Shown: positions 14,295-23,670, counted from the stretch's first letter. The stretch is DNA of 26,886 nucleotides from a virus (IMGVR_UViG_3300032216_000404:1-26886); one strand, 5' to 3'. Translations and numbers: made by a program. Notes: generated by a model from the letters alone, not told the origin.

Positions 14295-16553
14295 CGCAAC
14301 CGCCAATTCTTCGGCGAATTTGCTTACTAGCAGACGGTTGCTCTTCTTACCATTTTGCAGCTTGTTGAAGGCAGCAGCCATCTTGTTCTTGGTCATGTCA
14401 GCAGTGACCTGCAACTCTTCATCCGTGATGTTCTTAGAAGAAGCATACACGTAGAAATACTTGCTATAGCCAAGAGACTTAGCACTAAAAAAACCGTTGT
14501 TCTTGACTGACTTCAATGCGCTGTCATGTTCAGCGGCTGTCATTGAGGACATAGCAGATTTTGCATAACCACGCAAGTAGTTTCTACCCTCAACAAGATA
14601 GAAACCAAGATGCTTACAACCAGTAACATCAGCAACAAGTTGCGTCAATGCTGATTGATAATCGCCCTCGATACGAATTTTCTTGCCAGTCTTCTTGTCG
14701 ATCATATAAACGACACCCTTCCAATAACGGTTGTACATTGAAGGATCAGAAGGATCATTCGGAAAGCATAAATTAGAAGAACCACTGCCGTCTGTAAGAT
14801 ACAGAACGTTGACAATATCCAGCTTATTGGAAGATTGGAACTTTTTGATCATCTCACGAGAAGCAAGAAGCGTCTCGATGAACGGAGTCGATCCAAGTTG
14901 GAACCCACCATTCGTCCAGTCACTATCGAATGAACCGTGATCCTTACCATTATTGGTAAGGGAGGAATAGCTATAGACATCGCGAAAGAATTCGTTCGCA
15001 ACAATCGCCAGCAAGTTAAAAGCACGACGATACTGAAGCCCTGACAAATTGCTGCTGAGCAGATGTTTCAGATGGAAATTTCCAGCATGAAGGACAAATT
15101 CGGTCTTTGGGTCAGAAACAAAGAACGGACCCTTTCTCGCCATCAACTTGCGATTAGAGTAACGTGAGTCTGAGAATCCGTAGATGTCAAACGGAACGTT
15201 CGCCAGCTTACAAAACGCTGCAAGCACAAGAGCCTGTTCAATAGTATTGCGCAAAATACTGGACATCGAGCCAGACATGTCAACATACATGATAAGACCA
15301 TGGCTCTTACCCTTCGGCAAGACATTGATCTTCTTAAACAGATCGTTGCTGAACTTATACTTATGCAGCACGTTCATGTTCAACTCGCCAGTGCGAGCAG
15401 TTGTTGTGCGAGCATATTCAGAAGCCTTCTTACGCATCTCAAATTCTTTGAGGATGTGATTGATATACTTCTTGTTGTTCTTATTGAACTTGCCAACACA
15501 CTTCTGTGCAACCGTCTCAAAAGAGATTTTGTTGCGACCATAAGGTTTAGATGTGTCGGCAACTTGTTTGCGAATGAACAACTCAAGATCATTCATGACC
15601 TCGACGTTATCAAGAATGATCTGAGATAGATCAGCCTCAGGCAGATTCAGCATATGAACCTGACCCGAAGTGTTCACCAACTCTTGCTCTTTATCGCGGA
15701 AAGCACGATCAGTTATTGACTGCGGTTCATCGGCGTCATTGTTTGCGCCCTTTTCACCACCAGCAATTTTTTGCTTGAATTCATTTTCTTCATCATCTTC
15801 GTTTTCTTCAACGTCATCGCTGAAACCATCACCGTCCATATCTTCTTCAGAATCTTCTGACCCATCTTCGTCGTCATTAGAATCAGAATCATAAGAATCG
15901 TTCTCATCGTCTTCTTTGTCTGCAGAAGGCAGCTTGATGGCTTTTTCAAGATCTTCTTTGTCTTTGATCTTGTCTTTTTCGTTTTCTTTCACATACCCAT
16001 AGACACGTTTGGCAATGTCTTCAACCTGATCCCAAGTTTCAGCATTGTCAATTTCACGCAGATAGTCACGCTCGGCGTCAGTAAACTTGACGACAACATG
16101 CGCACCCAACTTATAGTATAGGTTGATGCGATCGATCAGATTGAGTTTGTTGAGGTCGCCCAACTTCTTGATACCAAAGAAGTCACGATCGTACAGGCTC
16201 TTGTACGCATTGGCAAAGGACTTGCCAAGACCAGGATAACGTCGCTTCTGACGACGCTCAATACGAGCATCTTCAATGACGTTTAGGAAATCTTTGTACT
16301 TGCGACGCTCAGACTTTTCAGTATTATCGATCGCAGAGTGCCAGCCCTGTTCGGGTGTGTCTAGTGCGTGACCGACTTCATGACCTGTCAAAAGATCGTA
16401 CAGGTCACCGTCCATCTCTTTCCAAACAGGAAGAACAATGGTTCGCGTCTTCAGATCGAAGTATGCGGTTTGCACGTTCTGGTGGGTGACTGTAATATTC
16501 TCAGTCGCCATCAGCTTCGCAAGTATTGACTTGGATGCTTGTAAATTTGTCAT
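14292..16553 (-). CDS. CobT-like protein: N-terminal zincin-like domain, acidic linker, C-terminal VWA domain
   Basis: TAYFD, GHEVGHAL (HExxH), NVIEDARIE, D/E-rich linker, YVDMSGSM (MIDAS DxSxS), GSTP, YLTDG. Confidence 0.85.
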   Translation of the reverse strand: MTNLQASKSILAKLMATENITVTHQNVQTAYFDLKTRTIVLPVWKEMDGDLYDLLTGHEVGHALDTPEQGWHSAIDNTEKSERRKYKDFLNVIEDARIERRQKRRYPGLGKSFANAYKSLYDRDFFGIKKLGDLNKLNLIDRINLYYKLGAHVVVKFTDAERDYLREIDNAETWDQVEDIAKRVYGYVKENEKDKIKDKEDLEKAIKLPSADKEDDENDSYDSDSNDDEDGSEDSEEDMDGDGFSDDVEENEDDEENEFKQKIAGGEKGANNDADEPQSITDRAFRDKEQELVNTSGQVHMLNLPEADLSQIILDNVEVMNDLELFIRKQVADTSKPYGRNKISFETVAQKCVGKFNKNNKKYINHILKEFEMRKKASEYARTTTARTGELNMNVLHKYKFSNDLFKKINVLPKGKSHGLIMYVDMSGSMSSILRNTIEQALVLAAFCKLANVPFDIYGFSDSRYSNRKLMARKGPFFVSDPKTEFVLHAGNFHLKHLLSSNLSGLQYRRAFNLLAIVANEFFRDVYSYSSLTNNGKDHGSFDSDWTNGGFQLGSTPFIETLLASREMIKKFQSSNKLDIVNVLYLTDGSGSSNLCFPNDPSDPSMYNRYWKGVVYMIDKKTGKKIRIEGDYQSALTQLVADVTGCKHLGFYLVEGRNYLRGYAKSAMSSMTAAEHDSALKSVKNNGFFSAKSLGYSKYFYVYASSKNITDEELQVTADMTKNKMAAAFNKLQNGKKSNRLLVSKFAEELAVA

Positions 16554-16577
16554 AACGATTCTCCTAACTATAGAACC

Positions 16578-16639
16578 ATTATACCTTAAAAAACCTCAAA
16601 AAGTAAAGCCGAAAAAACTCTAATAGAATCAATGACTTA
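16578..16639 (-). promoter_or_regulatory. Early promoter (TTTACT-18-TATAAT) with IHF consensus site
   Basis: -35 at 16607-16602, -10 at 16583-16578; AATCAATGACTTA at 16627-16639. Confidence 0.7.
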
Positions 16640-16647
16640 CGTGAGCC

Positions 16648-17232
16648 TCACGCAATCGCCTCTGGATCTCTTATATAGATGCTCTTGAGTTTCTTCAGGT
16701 TGCGCTTGACTTTGCGCTTGGCTTGCTCAAATTTGAGTGAGCTCACCTGATCAGTGTATAACTTGCCGTCTAGGTGATCAATTTCATGCTGAACGCAAAC
16801 AGCAGTCAAGCCATCGAATTCTTTCTCGATGACCTGTCCATTGATTGCATTGAATCTTACTTTGATGTGACTTGGTCTTGAAAGTTTCAGATACAATCCA
16901 GGATACGAAAGGCAACCCTCTGAGAAGTCAGCTGGATCACCAGACTGTTCAATAATTGTTGGGTTGAACATTGTCCAGATCTCTTTGCCCATGTTGATCA
17001 CACATACTCTATGCGATAGACCAACTTGATTGGCTGAAAGACCGAGACCACCTAATTTGTTTAGAGTCTCTGACAATGAGACAGAGATATACCCAGCCTG
17101 TTCAGCAGCTGCTTGCGAGTGAAACAAGTAAGGAATAGTTGGCTTGCGCAGAATAGGATCATACCAGTCTACCAATTTGTAGATCTCATACTCTAGAAGT
17201 TCACCGTTGTAGTATTTCAATTTCTTTGCCAT
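16648..17232 (-). CDS. def: Peptide deformylase
   Basis: GLGLSANQVG, EGCLS, QHEIDHLDG. Confidence 0.95.
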   Translation of the reverse strand: MAKKLKYYNGELLEYEIYKLVDWYDPILRKPTIPYLFHSQAAAEQAGYISVSLSETLNKLGGLGLSANQVGLSHRVCVINMGKEIWTMFNPTIIEQSGDPADFSEGCLSYPGLYLKLSRPSHIKVRFNAINGQVIEKEFDGLTAVCVQHEIDHLDGKLYTDQVSSLKFEQAKRKVKRNLKKLKSIYIRDPEAIA

Positions 17233-17234
17233 GA

Positions 17235-18941
17235 TTACACCATCTGTGAGAAGTTTTTAACCTTCGCGAATTTTAAGGTATTGTTGAACTTGTCGACCAA
17301 CACATCACCCTTGTGAGAGATGACAAAGATGTTTGTATTGTCGTTAAGCATATTTATTAGTTTGAGGAATTCCTCAGTGCCGCTATTGTCTAGAGAACCA
17401 TCAAAGACTTCATCGAAGATCAGAAGGTTTGTGTTTGCGCTGTTCTTCAGCTTTGCTACTGCTCGCCAAGTGAACAGCAATGCAAGATCAATGCGCTTCT
17501 TTTCACCCTCAGAGAAGTTCTCATAGCTGAAGTCATCACGGTGTCTAGACTTGACAGTCTCTTTGAACTCTTCATTGATGTTAAAGTTGACAAAGAAATC
17601 CATCGCAGCCAGATACTTGTTCACTAGCTTGTTGATGATAGGAATATACTGCTTGATGATCTTGGTCTTGATGCCGCCATCTTTGAGCAGCAGCTGCGCA
17701 ATCTCATAGTGCTGAGTGTTGGTGATGGCTTCTTTGCGTTTCTCGTTGAACGACTGAAGATTGTTCAGTAGTTCTTTAGACTGAGCCTTGAAGTTCTCGC
17801 TCATCGCTGGCTTGCTTTCTAGATCTTCGACCTCGGCTTCCAGCTTTGCGATATAACTCTTGACTTGCTTGCGATTGGTTACAATTCGCACCAGTTCTTG
17901 ATCTAGAGTCTTGAGTTCTTTATGCGTTGCTCTGATGTCATTGATGCGCTTTAGAACTGCTTCGCTTTCTTCTTTTAGTTTTTGAAGACCACCATTAAGT
18001 TCAGAAATCTTAGAAGTGCAGCTGTGCACCTTTTCATCTTTATTGTTGATGGTCTGATCGCATGTTGGGCAATTAGAATTCTCAGAGTAGAACGCGATGT
18101 CCTTCTCAAGTTTCTGAATGTTGCCCTCAATCTTTGCTTCTAGCTGATTGAGTTTCGTGAACTTTCTAGTGTTTGCTTCCTCATCAACAATCTTTGACTC
18201 AAGATCATCAATCTGAGTTTGTTTTGTAGCAGCTTCCTCAATCAAACTTTCAAGTGTCAGTTTGTTTTCATCGACTTCTTTCTTCTTGGCGTCAACAAGT
18301 TCTTTCGAGTTCTTCTTGAGTTCGTCTAGATGCTTCTTGTGAAGTTCAATCTTTTCCTTGACGTTGTCAATCTGAATCTTTAGCTGTGTTGATTCTTCTT
18401 TTGCACTCGACAACTTGCTCTTGACAATCAGGTTCATAGAACTAAAGATCTGAATGTCTAGCAAGTCTTCAATGACTGCTCGGCGATCAGCCGCTGACAA
18501 CTGCATGAATGGAGTAAAATTAGTAGAGCCAAGGATTACAATCTGAGTGAATGACTTGTAGTTCATCCGTAGGATTGTTTTCTCAAGCTGATCTTGATAG
18601 TCCTTTGACCTTGCGTCTTGATTGAGCATTTCTCCGTCGCACCAGATCTCGAACAGATTTGGTTTGATGCCACGAATGACTTTGTAGTTCTTAGAAGCGA
18701 TGGCAAATTCTAACTCAACAAGGCAGTCTTTATTGTTGATTGAGTTGATCAGCTGAGGCTTGTTGATATTGCGGAAAGGCTTGCCAAACAAACCAAATGT
18801 GATTGCATCCAAGAACGAAGACTTGCCAGCACCGTTCTCACCGACGATCAACGTCGTCGGATATTCATTCAACTTAATCTCAGTAAAGACGTTTCCTGTT
18901 GAAAGGAAGTTCTTGTACCTTACACAATTAAATACAATCAC
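17235..18941 (-). CDS. 46: Recombination endonuclease ATPase subunit gp46 (Rad50/SbcC-like)
   Basis: KNFLSTGN, GENGAGKS, CPTC zinc hook, coiled coils, FSEGEKKRIDLAL, LIFDEVFD.SLD, VISH. Confidence 0.96.
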   Translation of the reverse strand: MIVFNCVRYKNFLSTGNVFTEIKLNEYPTTLIVGENGAGKSSFLDAITFGLFGKPFRNINKPQLINSINNKDCLVELEFAIASKNYKVIRGIKPNLFEIWCDGEMLNQDARSKDYQDQLEKTILRMNYKSFTQIVILGSTNFTPFMQLSAADRRAVIEDLLDIQIFSSMNLIVKSKLSSAKEESTQLKIQIDNVKEKIELHKKHLDELKKNSKELVDAKKKEVDENKLTLESLIEEAATKQTQIDDLESKIVDEEANTRKFTKLNQLEAKIEGNIQKLEKDIAFYSENSNCPTCDQTINNKDEKVHSCTSKISELNGGLQKLKEESEAVLKRINDIRATHKELKTLDQELVRIVTNRKQVKSYIAKLEAEVEDLESKPAMSENFKAQSKELLNNLQSFNEKRKEAITNTQHYEIAQLLLKDGGIKTKIIKQYIPIINKLVNKYLAAMDFFVNFNINEEFKETVKSRHRDDFSYENFSEGEKKRIDLALLFTWRAVAKLKNSANTNLLIFDEVFDGSLDNSGTEEFLKLINMLNDNTNIFVISHKGDVLVDKFNNTLKFAKVKNFSQMV

Positions 18942-20002
18942 GTAGTCTCCATTGCGATTGCTTCATTATACACATCGCGCATCAAAGTCTTTATTTTATC
19001 TGATTCTACAGGCAAAGTCAAACCGTCAATATACTTATTCAGAATTGTGATTGTATCTTCAGCTTGATCGACTTCAGCTTCTTCAGCCTCAGTTGTAATT
19101 TCAGTAAAGTCTTCAACCACTGTTACGTCTAGAGGATTAACCTTTGCGATTTCATCAAGCAATGTATCGAACATGAATGCATTGGTTTTCTTCTCAACGA
19201 CAATCTTCACATACTTGCCAGCAAGATTAGAATAATCTGCTTGCGCGATTTCTCCAAGAGAGTCTATGCCCTCATCGTTGTATCGAATCTTGTGGAACAT
19301 TCTATGAAGATTGACAATGAACGTCAGCTCACGAGTTTCTGTGTCAAGGATATGAAACCCTCTGACATCATCGCAATCTGACCATGTCATCTCATAAGGA
19401 GTGCCGACATAATTGATATGCCCGTCGTTGCTCTTGTGGTGGAAGTGACCAGAAAGAACCATCTCATACTTCTTGAGCTCAATTGCGTCCATACCCTCAT
19501 GACAAATATTGCCACGATCCATTTCATAGCCAGCAAGTTCAAAATGCCCTAGACAAATATGAGCCGAACTGCGCTTGATGAAATCTTGAATCTCTGCTTC
19601 GTTGTCTTGACAGATCCAAGGAATGATATCGATGCCCAGTTCTTCATCATGAAATGGCTGATCAAAAATACAGATGTTCTCATAGTCTTGAAGAAGCAAC
19701 TGCGGAGAATTGACTTCAAGCGTGTTCTTGAACGCGATATCATGATTGCCTAGCAGCGTGTAGAACTGAATCTCTTTGCGCTGCATCACATCGAAGAAAT
19801 ACTTACGACATAGAGCAAGAGTCTGGAAGCTGATATACTTGCGGCGATCAAACAGATCACCCAGCTGATAGACGTTCTTGATCCCATGCTCTTCAAGGTA
19901 CGGAAAGAACACTTCCGTATAGAATTTCTTGTACAGGTTATGAAAGGCTAGACTATCATTTCTGACACCGAAATGAGTGTCGCCCAAAATTGCTATCTTC
20001 AT
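18938..20002 (-). CDS. 47: Recombination endonuclease subunit gp47 (Mre11/SbcD-like)
   Basis: GDTHFG, LGDLFDRRK, GNHD, GHFEL, SGHFH, YVGTPYE. Confidence 0.96.
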   Translation of the reverse strand: MKIAILGDTHFGVRNDSLAFHNLYKKFYTEVFFPYLEEHGIKNVYQLGDLFDRRKYISFQTLALCRKYFFDVMQRKEIQFYTLLGNHDIAFKNTLEVNSPQLLLQDYENICIFDQPFHDEELGIDIIPWICQDNEAEIQDFIKRSSAHICLGHFELAGYEMDRGNICHEGMDAIELKKYEMVLSGHFHHKSNDGHINYVGTPYEMTWSDCDDVRGFHILDTETRELTFIVNLHRMFHKIRYNDEGIDSLGEIAQADYSNLAGKYVKIVVEKKTNAFMFDTLLDEIAKVNPLDVTVVEDFTEITTEAEEAEVDQAEDTITILNKYIDGLTLPVESDKIKTLMRDVYNEAIAMETT

Positions 20003-20529
20003 TCTTCGTCCGTAAAGTTTTCTAGTGCTATCTTCTTAGCAACTCGCTTCTCGTTTCTAGCTGTTTCGTAGTTCTCGATGAACTCAGAGATGTTCTCGTA
20101 AAGTTCGAACTGACGGAATGTTCCATCTTCATTCTCATTAAGTTCAAACTCATCCAGTACACCAGCTGATTCAGTTGCCTTGTACTTGACATATAGTTGC
20201 TTCTTTTCTTTTTGAATGCGTCTTAGGAAGGCGAAGTATGTTATTTGCGTAAAATACGCAAATGGATTGCTAGACTTAGCAGGATCAAAATTGTCAACAT
20301 ACATCACACAGTTTTCAATAGCATCTGCGACCATCTCGTCGCGGAAGGTGTACGATAGAAAGTTTGGTTTGTGAGAAAGGTTCTCAGCAATCTTCATGAA
20401 GCACTCAGCCACATAACGTGGAATCTGAGGCTTCTTTTCGCCAGCTCTCTTTGCCTTTGTGATTGCCTGACGATACTTGATCATCTCGGTCAGGAAATCC
20501 TTATTGTTTATATAGTGATTCTTAGCCAT
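19999..20529 (-). CDS. 55: Late transcription sigma factor gp55
   Basis: HYINNKDF, CFMKIAENLSHKPNF, NFDP.KS.NPFAYFTQI...AFLRRIQKEKKQ. Confidence 0.95.
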   Translation of the reverse strand: MAKNHYINNKDFLTEMIKYRQAITKAKRAGEKKPQIPRYVAECFMKIAENLSHKPNFLSYTFRDEMVADAIENCVMYVDNFDPAKSSNPFAYFTQITYFAFLRRIQKEKKQLYVKYKATESAGVLDEFELNENEDGTFRQFELYENISEFIENYETARNEKRVAKKIALENFTDEE

Positions 20530-20536
20530 ATAACTC

Positions 20537-20938
20537 TCAGTGTACTGGTTTATCTTTCTTGGTGATCATTGCTTCCATAATAGAAACGACGTTGTCTTCT
20601 GATGACTGCTTGCTCTTTTTCTTCTTGCTCTTTACTTCTTTATCAGAATAAAAGTATTCGCTTGCGCTTTCGTATTGTTCGATAAAAGAACTCTTGACAT
20701 CAGAGATAAAGAATATTTCCGCAGCCAGAAATTCAACTTCTTTCATCTCTACAATCGATTGAGGAAGAAACTCGTGAAGCATGAGAATCTGCCGACCTTC
20801 CTCGAAGATTGTTTCGATATCAACAACCATCGGGTTTTCGATTCTAACTCCAGTTTCTGTTTTTGTAATCAGTCCGATTAGATCCATGCAATAAGGAGAC
20901 TTCAATCGTACAAACTTGATCTCTTTTTCTTCTGACAT
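20537..20938 (-). CDS. Hypothetical protein between uvsW and gp55
   Basis: Packed ORF; IKFVRLK..DLIG...IENPM beta-rich N-terminus, basic C-terminal tail. Confidence 0.7.
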   Translation of the reverse strand: MSEEKEIKFVRLKSPYCMDLIGLITKTETGVRIENPMVVDIETIFEEGRQILMLHEFLPQSIVEMKEVEFLAAEIFFISDVKSSFIEQYESASEYFYSDKEVKSKKKKSKQSSEDNVVSIMEAMITKKDKPVH

Positions 20939-20940
20939 TT

Positions 20941-22431
20941 TTACTTATCCTCTTGCCCTAATCGGACGTTAGTAGTTTTAAACTCGAATCGCTCTTCGCT
21001 ATAGATCTTGATACGCTCTTCGTAATGCTTCAATGCGAAATTGACATTATCTTTGTATCGAAGATCATCAGCAATATCATATAGCACAGCCTTATCTTTA
21101 TTATCACCAAGTCTCAGCACACGCCCGATAGACTGTAGGCTTCTGATTTTGCTCTTGGTCGGAGCAGCAAAGATAATGTTGTGAAGATTCTTGATGTTGA
21201 CACCAGTAGAGAATGTGCCGTAGGAAGCCACAATGATCGCGTCGTTTTCCTTCTCAGTAATACGACGTACAGCCTCTCTGTCTTCAACTTCTGTGGCTCC
21301 TGAAACAAAGAAGACCTTGCGCTCATCCTTTCTTCCAAGAACTTTGTCATCAATCATCGACTTTAGTATTTTACCGTGTTTCTGGACATAAGTAAATAAT
21401 ACAAGCGTATTTCCTTCAAGACTTATCGCAAGATTACGAATGAATCGATTGCGTTCTTCATATGATACTAGGAAGTCCATTTCTTCTGGATAAGTCCTGC
21501 CCTTTGTCAACTTACAAATAGCTTCAGGGTACTTGAGCACAATGCACTTGATAGAGAAGTCTGCTAGCTGCTTTCGATCAATCAGTTCTTTAGTTGTAAT
21601 AATCTGACGAACTGGACCGAACAAACCCTCAAGCACCAGCTTGTTTACTTCGCTGTTATCAAGAGTTCCTGTAGTACCAATACGCACATCACAGTTGATT
21701 AGCTTTGTCATAATAGCAGTGAGTGACTTGGCTTTAAACGTATGAGCCTCGTCACCGATGATAAAATCAAACTGCTTGAAATACTTTTGTGGCATGTCAA
21801 AGATTGACTGCCATGTAGAGATGACTAGATCAGAGTCGGCGATCTTACTCTGACCACCATGGATTTTCTGACAATGCTTTTCTACATCCCAACCATTGCT
21901 GATTGAGTATTCTTTGAAGTCAGAGTGCATCTGAGCAACTAGGTTGATCGTAGGAACTATCAGTAATCCTCGCTTCTTGCCTGTGTTTAACAGATGGCGA
22001 ATCATCAGATAAATGATGAGAGACTTGCCTGAAGCTGTAGGCGAAATTAATACCGCACGCTTCATTGTCAGACCAAAGCTAGAAGCAAACAATTGATAGT
22101 CTCTTGGCTGTTTATCTTCTGGAAGAGACAGAGCGTTTGCGATATTCTTGGTATCTATAGGATAGATCTTCTCGTCACCGTCATATTCATAGCTGTAGCC
22201 AGCATCTTTACAATACTTGCGAATGTATCGCTCAAGACCAACGTAGATCTGATTAGTCTTCATGCTCAAAAGTCGAGTCTTGCCGTCCCAGTGTTTCTTG
22301 CGGAAAGCAGGGCTGAACTGATGTCCAGGAGATTCGAACGTGAAGTAGTCGGCAAGTTCCTGTAGAATGCCTGCCTCGGCAGTCACCTTGACATAGATGT
22401 TGTTGAGTTTTTCAACTCTAACATCACACAT
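20941..22431 (-). CDS. uvsW: SF2 DNA helicase UvsW
   Basis: WDGK, PRDYQ, SPTASGKS, STWQS, GDEAH, GTTGT, TFSTGVNI, QSIGRVLR; start ATG 22431 by TAATG coupling with uvsY. Confidence 0.95.
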   Translation of the reverse strand: MCDVRVEKLNNIYVKVTAEAGILQELADYFTFESPGHQFSPAFRKKHWDGKTRLLSMKTNQIYVGLERYIRKYCKDAGYSYEYDGDEKIYPIDTKNIANALSLPEDKQPRDYQLFASSFGLTMKRAVLISPTASGKSLIIYLMIRHLLNTGKKRGLLIVPTINLVAQMHSDFKEYSISNGWDVEKHCQKIHGGQSKIADSDLVISTWQSIFDMPQKYFKQFDFIIGDEAHTFKAKSLTAIMTKLINCDVRIGTTGTLDNSEVNKLVLEGLFGPVRQIITTKELIDRKQLADFSIKCIVLKYPEAICKLTKGRTYPEEMDFLVSYEERNRFIRNLAISLEGNTLVLFTYVQKHGKILKSMIDDKVLGRKDERKVFFVSGATEVEDREAVRRITEKENDAIIVASYGTFSTGVNIKNLHNIIFAAPTKSKIRSLQSIGRVLRLGDNKDKAVLYDIADDLRYKDNVNFALKHYEERIKIYSEERFEFKTTNVRLGQEDK

Positions 22432-22880
22432 TAATGCTGCCCCTGAATGAACTTCTCCCAACCGATGAACTCTTTGAGTTGCCATGTGCGATTGTTGAGT
22501 TCTTTCATCACGTTGACGCAAAAGTTGGCAGCTTCCTCATGATATGCTTTCTTTTTCTTCAGCTGACCAATATCACCGTCACCGTCAAGATATGTGGTAA
22601 TATCTGACTTCAGCACGAAAGGAAACGGTTGCCAACCATGCTTGTCGAGTTCTTCTTTGTCCATCTTTCCTGTATAATATGCCCACTTGATCTTTTTCAT
22701 ACGATCAAGTTCAAGCGATGCGCGTTTGTTTGCTAGATTATGCAGTGTCAGGAACCGATTATACTTGGCGTGAAGAATGGGAATACGAATCAGTTCTTTG
22801 CCTGGTTCTGTCTGGTCAATAACAGAATCCTTTTCCCATTGCTCAATCAAACTTTCTAGAGATGGTGCTTGTAGCTTCAT
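22431..22880 (-). CDS. uvsY: Recombination mediator UvsY
   Basis: WEKDSVID, IPILHAKY, YYTGK, LKSDI..YLDGD, R.WQLKEFI.WEKF; upstream of uvsW. Confidence 0.88.
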   Translation of the reverse strand: MKLQAPSLESLIEQWEKDSVIDQTEPGKELIRIPILHAKYNRFLTLHNLANKRASLELDRMKKIKWAYYTGKMDKEELDKHGWQPFPFVLKSDITTYLDGDGDIGQLKKKKAYHEEAANFCVNVMKELNNRTWQLKEFIGWEKFIQGQH

Positions 22881-22910
22881 AAGTTGTACATGGTTAAAGA
22901 GTCAACAAAT

Positions 22911-22939
22911 ATTATATCTGATTCACCTGCGAAAGTAAA
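22911..22939 (-). promoter_or_regulatory. Early promoter TTTACT-17-TATAAT for uvsY-uvsW
   Basis: -35 at 22939-22934, -10 at 22916-22911. Confidence 0.7.
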
Positions 22940-22961
22940 GTCAACAATTTTTCCGCAATAC

Positions 22962-22990
22962 TTTACTTTTGACCATCCAAACGCTATACT
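22962..22990 (+). promoter_or_regulatory. Divergent early-type promoter TTTACT-17-TATACT, antisense to gp3/gp23
   Basis: -35 at 22962-22967, -10 at 22985-22990; same -35 hexamer and spacing as the other early promoters. Confidence 0.5.
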
Positions 22991-23022
22991 GAGTATGTCG
23001 GCGGTTAAGTGATACTCAATAC

Positions 23023-23565
23023 TTAGATTCTTTCATAGTCATAGTAAGAGAATCTAAAAGTAGCATCGGCGGTCACAATATTTTCAGCTGTGTCGCCTGT
23101 GTTAAATATGATCGTCGAAAGACTTGTAGGAAATACTTCGTACAATTTTATTCTAAAGTTCACGTTGTTTTTATTGGTGTAGATAGACATTGATGCATCG
23201 GAGTATTGAGGCTTCGAGTTCAGTGTGCGTCTTAGATTTGCACCATTTGATTGCTTAGCAAGATCAACGTATTCCTTGAAGTCTGTAGGGAACGTCAATC
23301 CTCGGATCCAGTCATGGATCTCTGTCCAGGTGCGCAGGTCTTCATCAACCAAAAACGTCAGATTGAATGTATCATATACTAGCTTTTCACCTGGAACATA
23401 CAAATCTACAAACGGAGTTGGCACTGGGATTTCTGTAAGAGAAACTCCTGGAAGATTGGCTGACTGGCAAAAATAAGTCAAGCCCTGGAGACGTTCAAAC
23501 GTCACTCTAAACTTTGTTGATTGTAGCAAATCGAAATTAGCTGGATTGCGATTTAATGCTGTCAT
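23023..23565 (-). CDS. 3: Tail completion / tail tube terminator gp3
   Basis: FCQSANLPGVSL, PGEKLVY..FNLTFLVDEDL....EIHDW, YSDA, FPTSLS, ADATFRFSYY; position after gp23. Confidence 0.85.
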   Translation of the reverse strand: MTALNRNPANFDLLQSTKFRVTFERLQGLTYFCQSANLPGVSLTEIPVPTPFVDLYVPGEKLVYDTFNLTFLVDEDLRTWTEIHDWIRGLTFPTDFKEYVDLAKQSNGANLRRTLNSKPQYSDASMSIYTNKNNVNFRIKLYEVFPTSLSTIIFNTGDTAENIVTADATFRFSYYDYERI

Positions 23566-23589
23566 TGATTAGCCCTCTGGGTCATCAAC

Positions 23590-23597
23590 TATTTAGG
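23590..23597 (-). promoter_or_regulatory. Variant late promoter (CCTAAATA) for gp3
   Basis: TAAATA core directly after the gp23 terminator, about 25 nt before the gp3 ATG. Confidence 0.45.
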
Positions 23598-23601
23598 TAA
23601 T

Positions 23602-23630
23602 AAAAAAGGGGGACTCTTTCAAGTCCCCCT
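23602..23630 (-). terminator. Rho-independent terminator of gp23
   Basis: AGGGGGACT-TGAAAG-AGTCCCCCT then TTTTT on the minus strand. Confidence 0.88.
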
Positions 23631-23670
23631 CAAAGTTGCCTTTTATGGCAATCTTATTATTCAACCGATC

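Noticed and set aside
15770-15990. Low-complexity tct/tca/tcg-rich tract (similar tract in gp22 at 25790-25880)
   Set aside because: Simply encodes D/E-rich linkers; not a DNA tandem repeat element.
12085-16553. Cobalamin biosynthesis (cobS/cobT cobaltochelatase) assignment
   Set aside because: No cobN or other cob genes in the window, and the partner carries an HExxH domain; treated as a MoxR/VWA module, so no gene symbol was given.
22432-22521. N-terminal extension of UvsW in the ORF track (similar extensions for gp44, regA, dNMP kinase and several small ORFs)
   Set aside because: They overlap upstream genes or start inside SD sequences; downstream ATGs with SD or stop-start coupling fit better.
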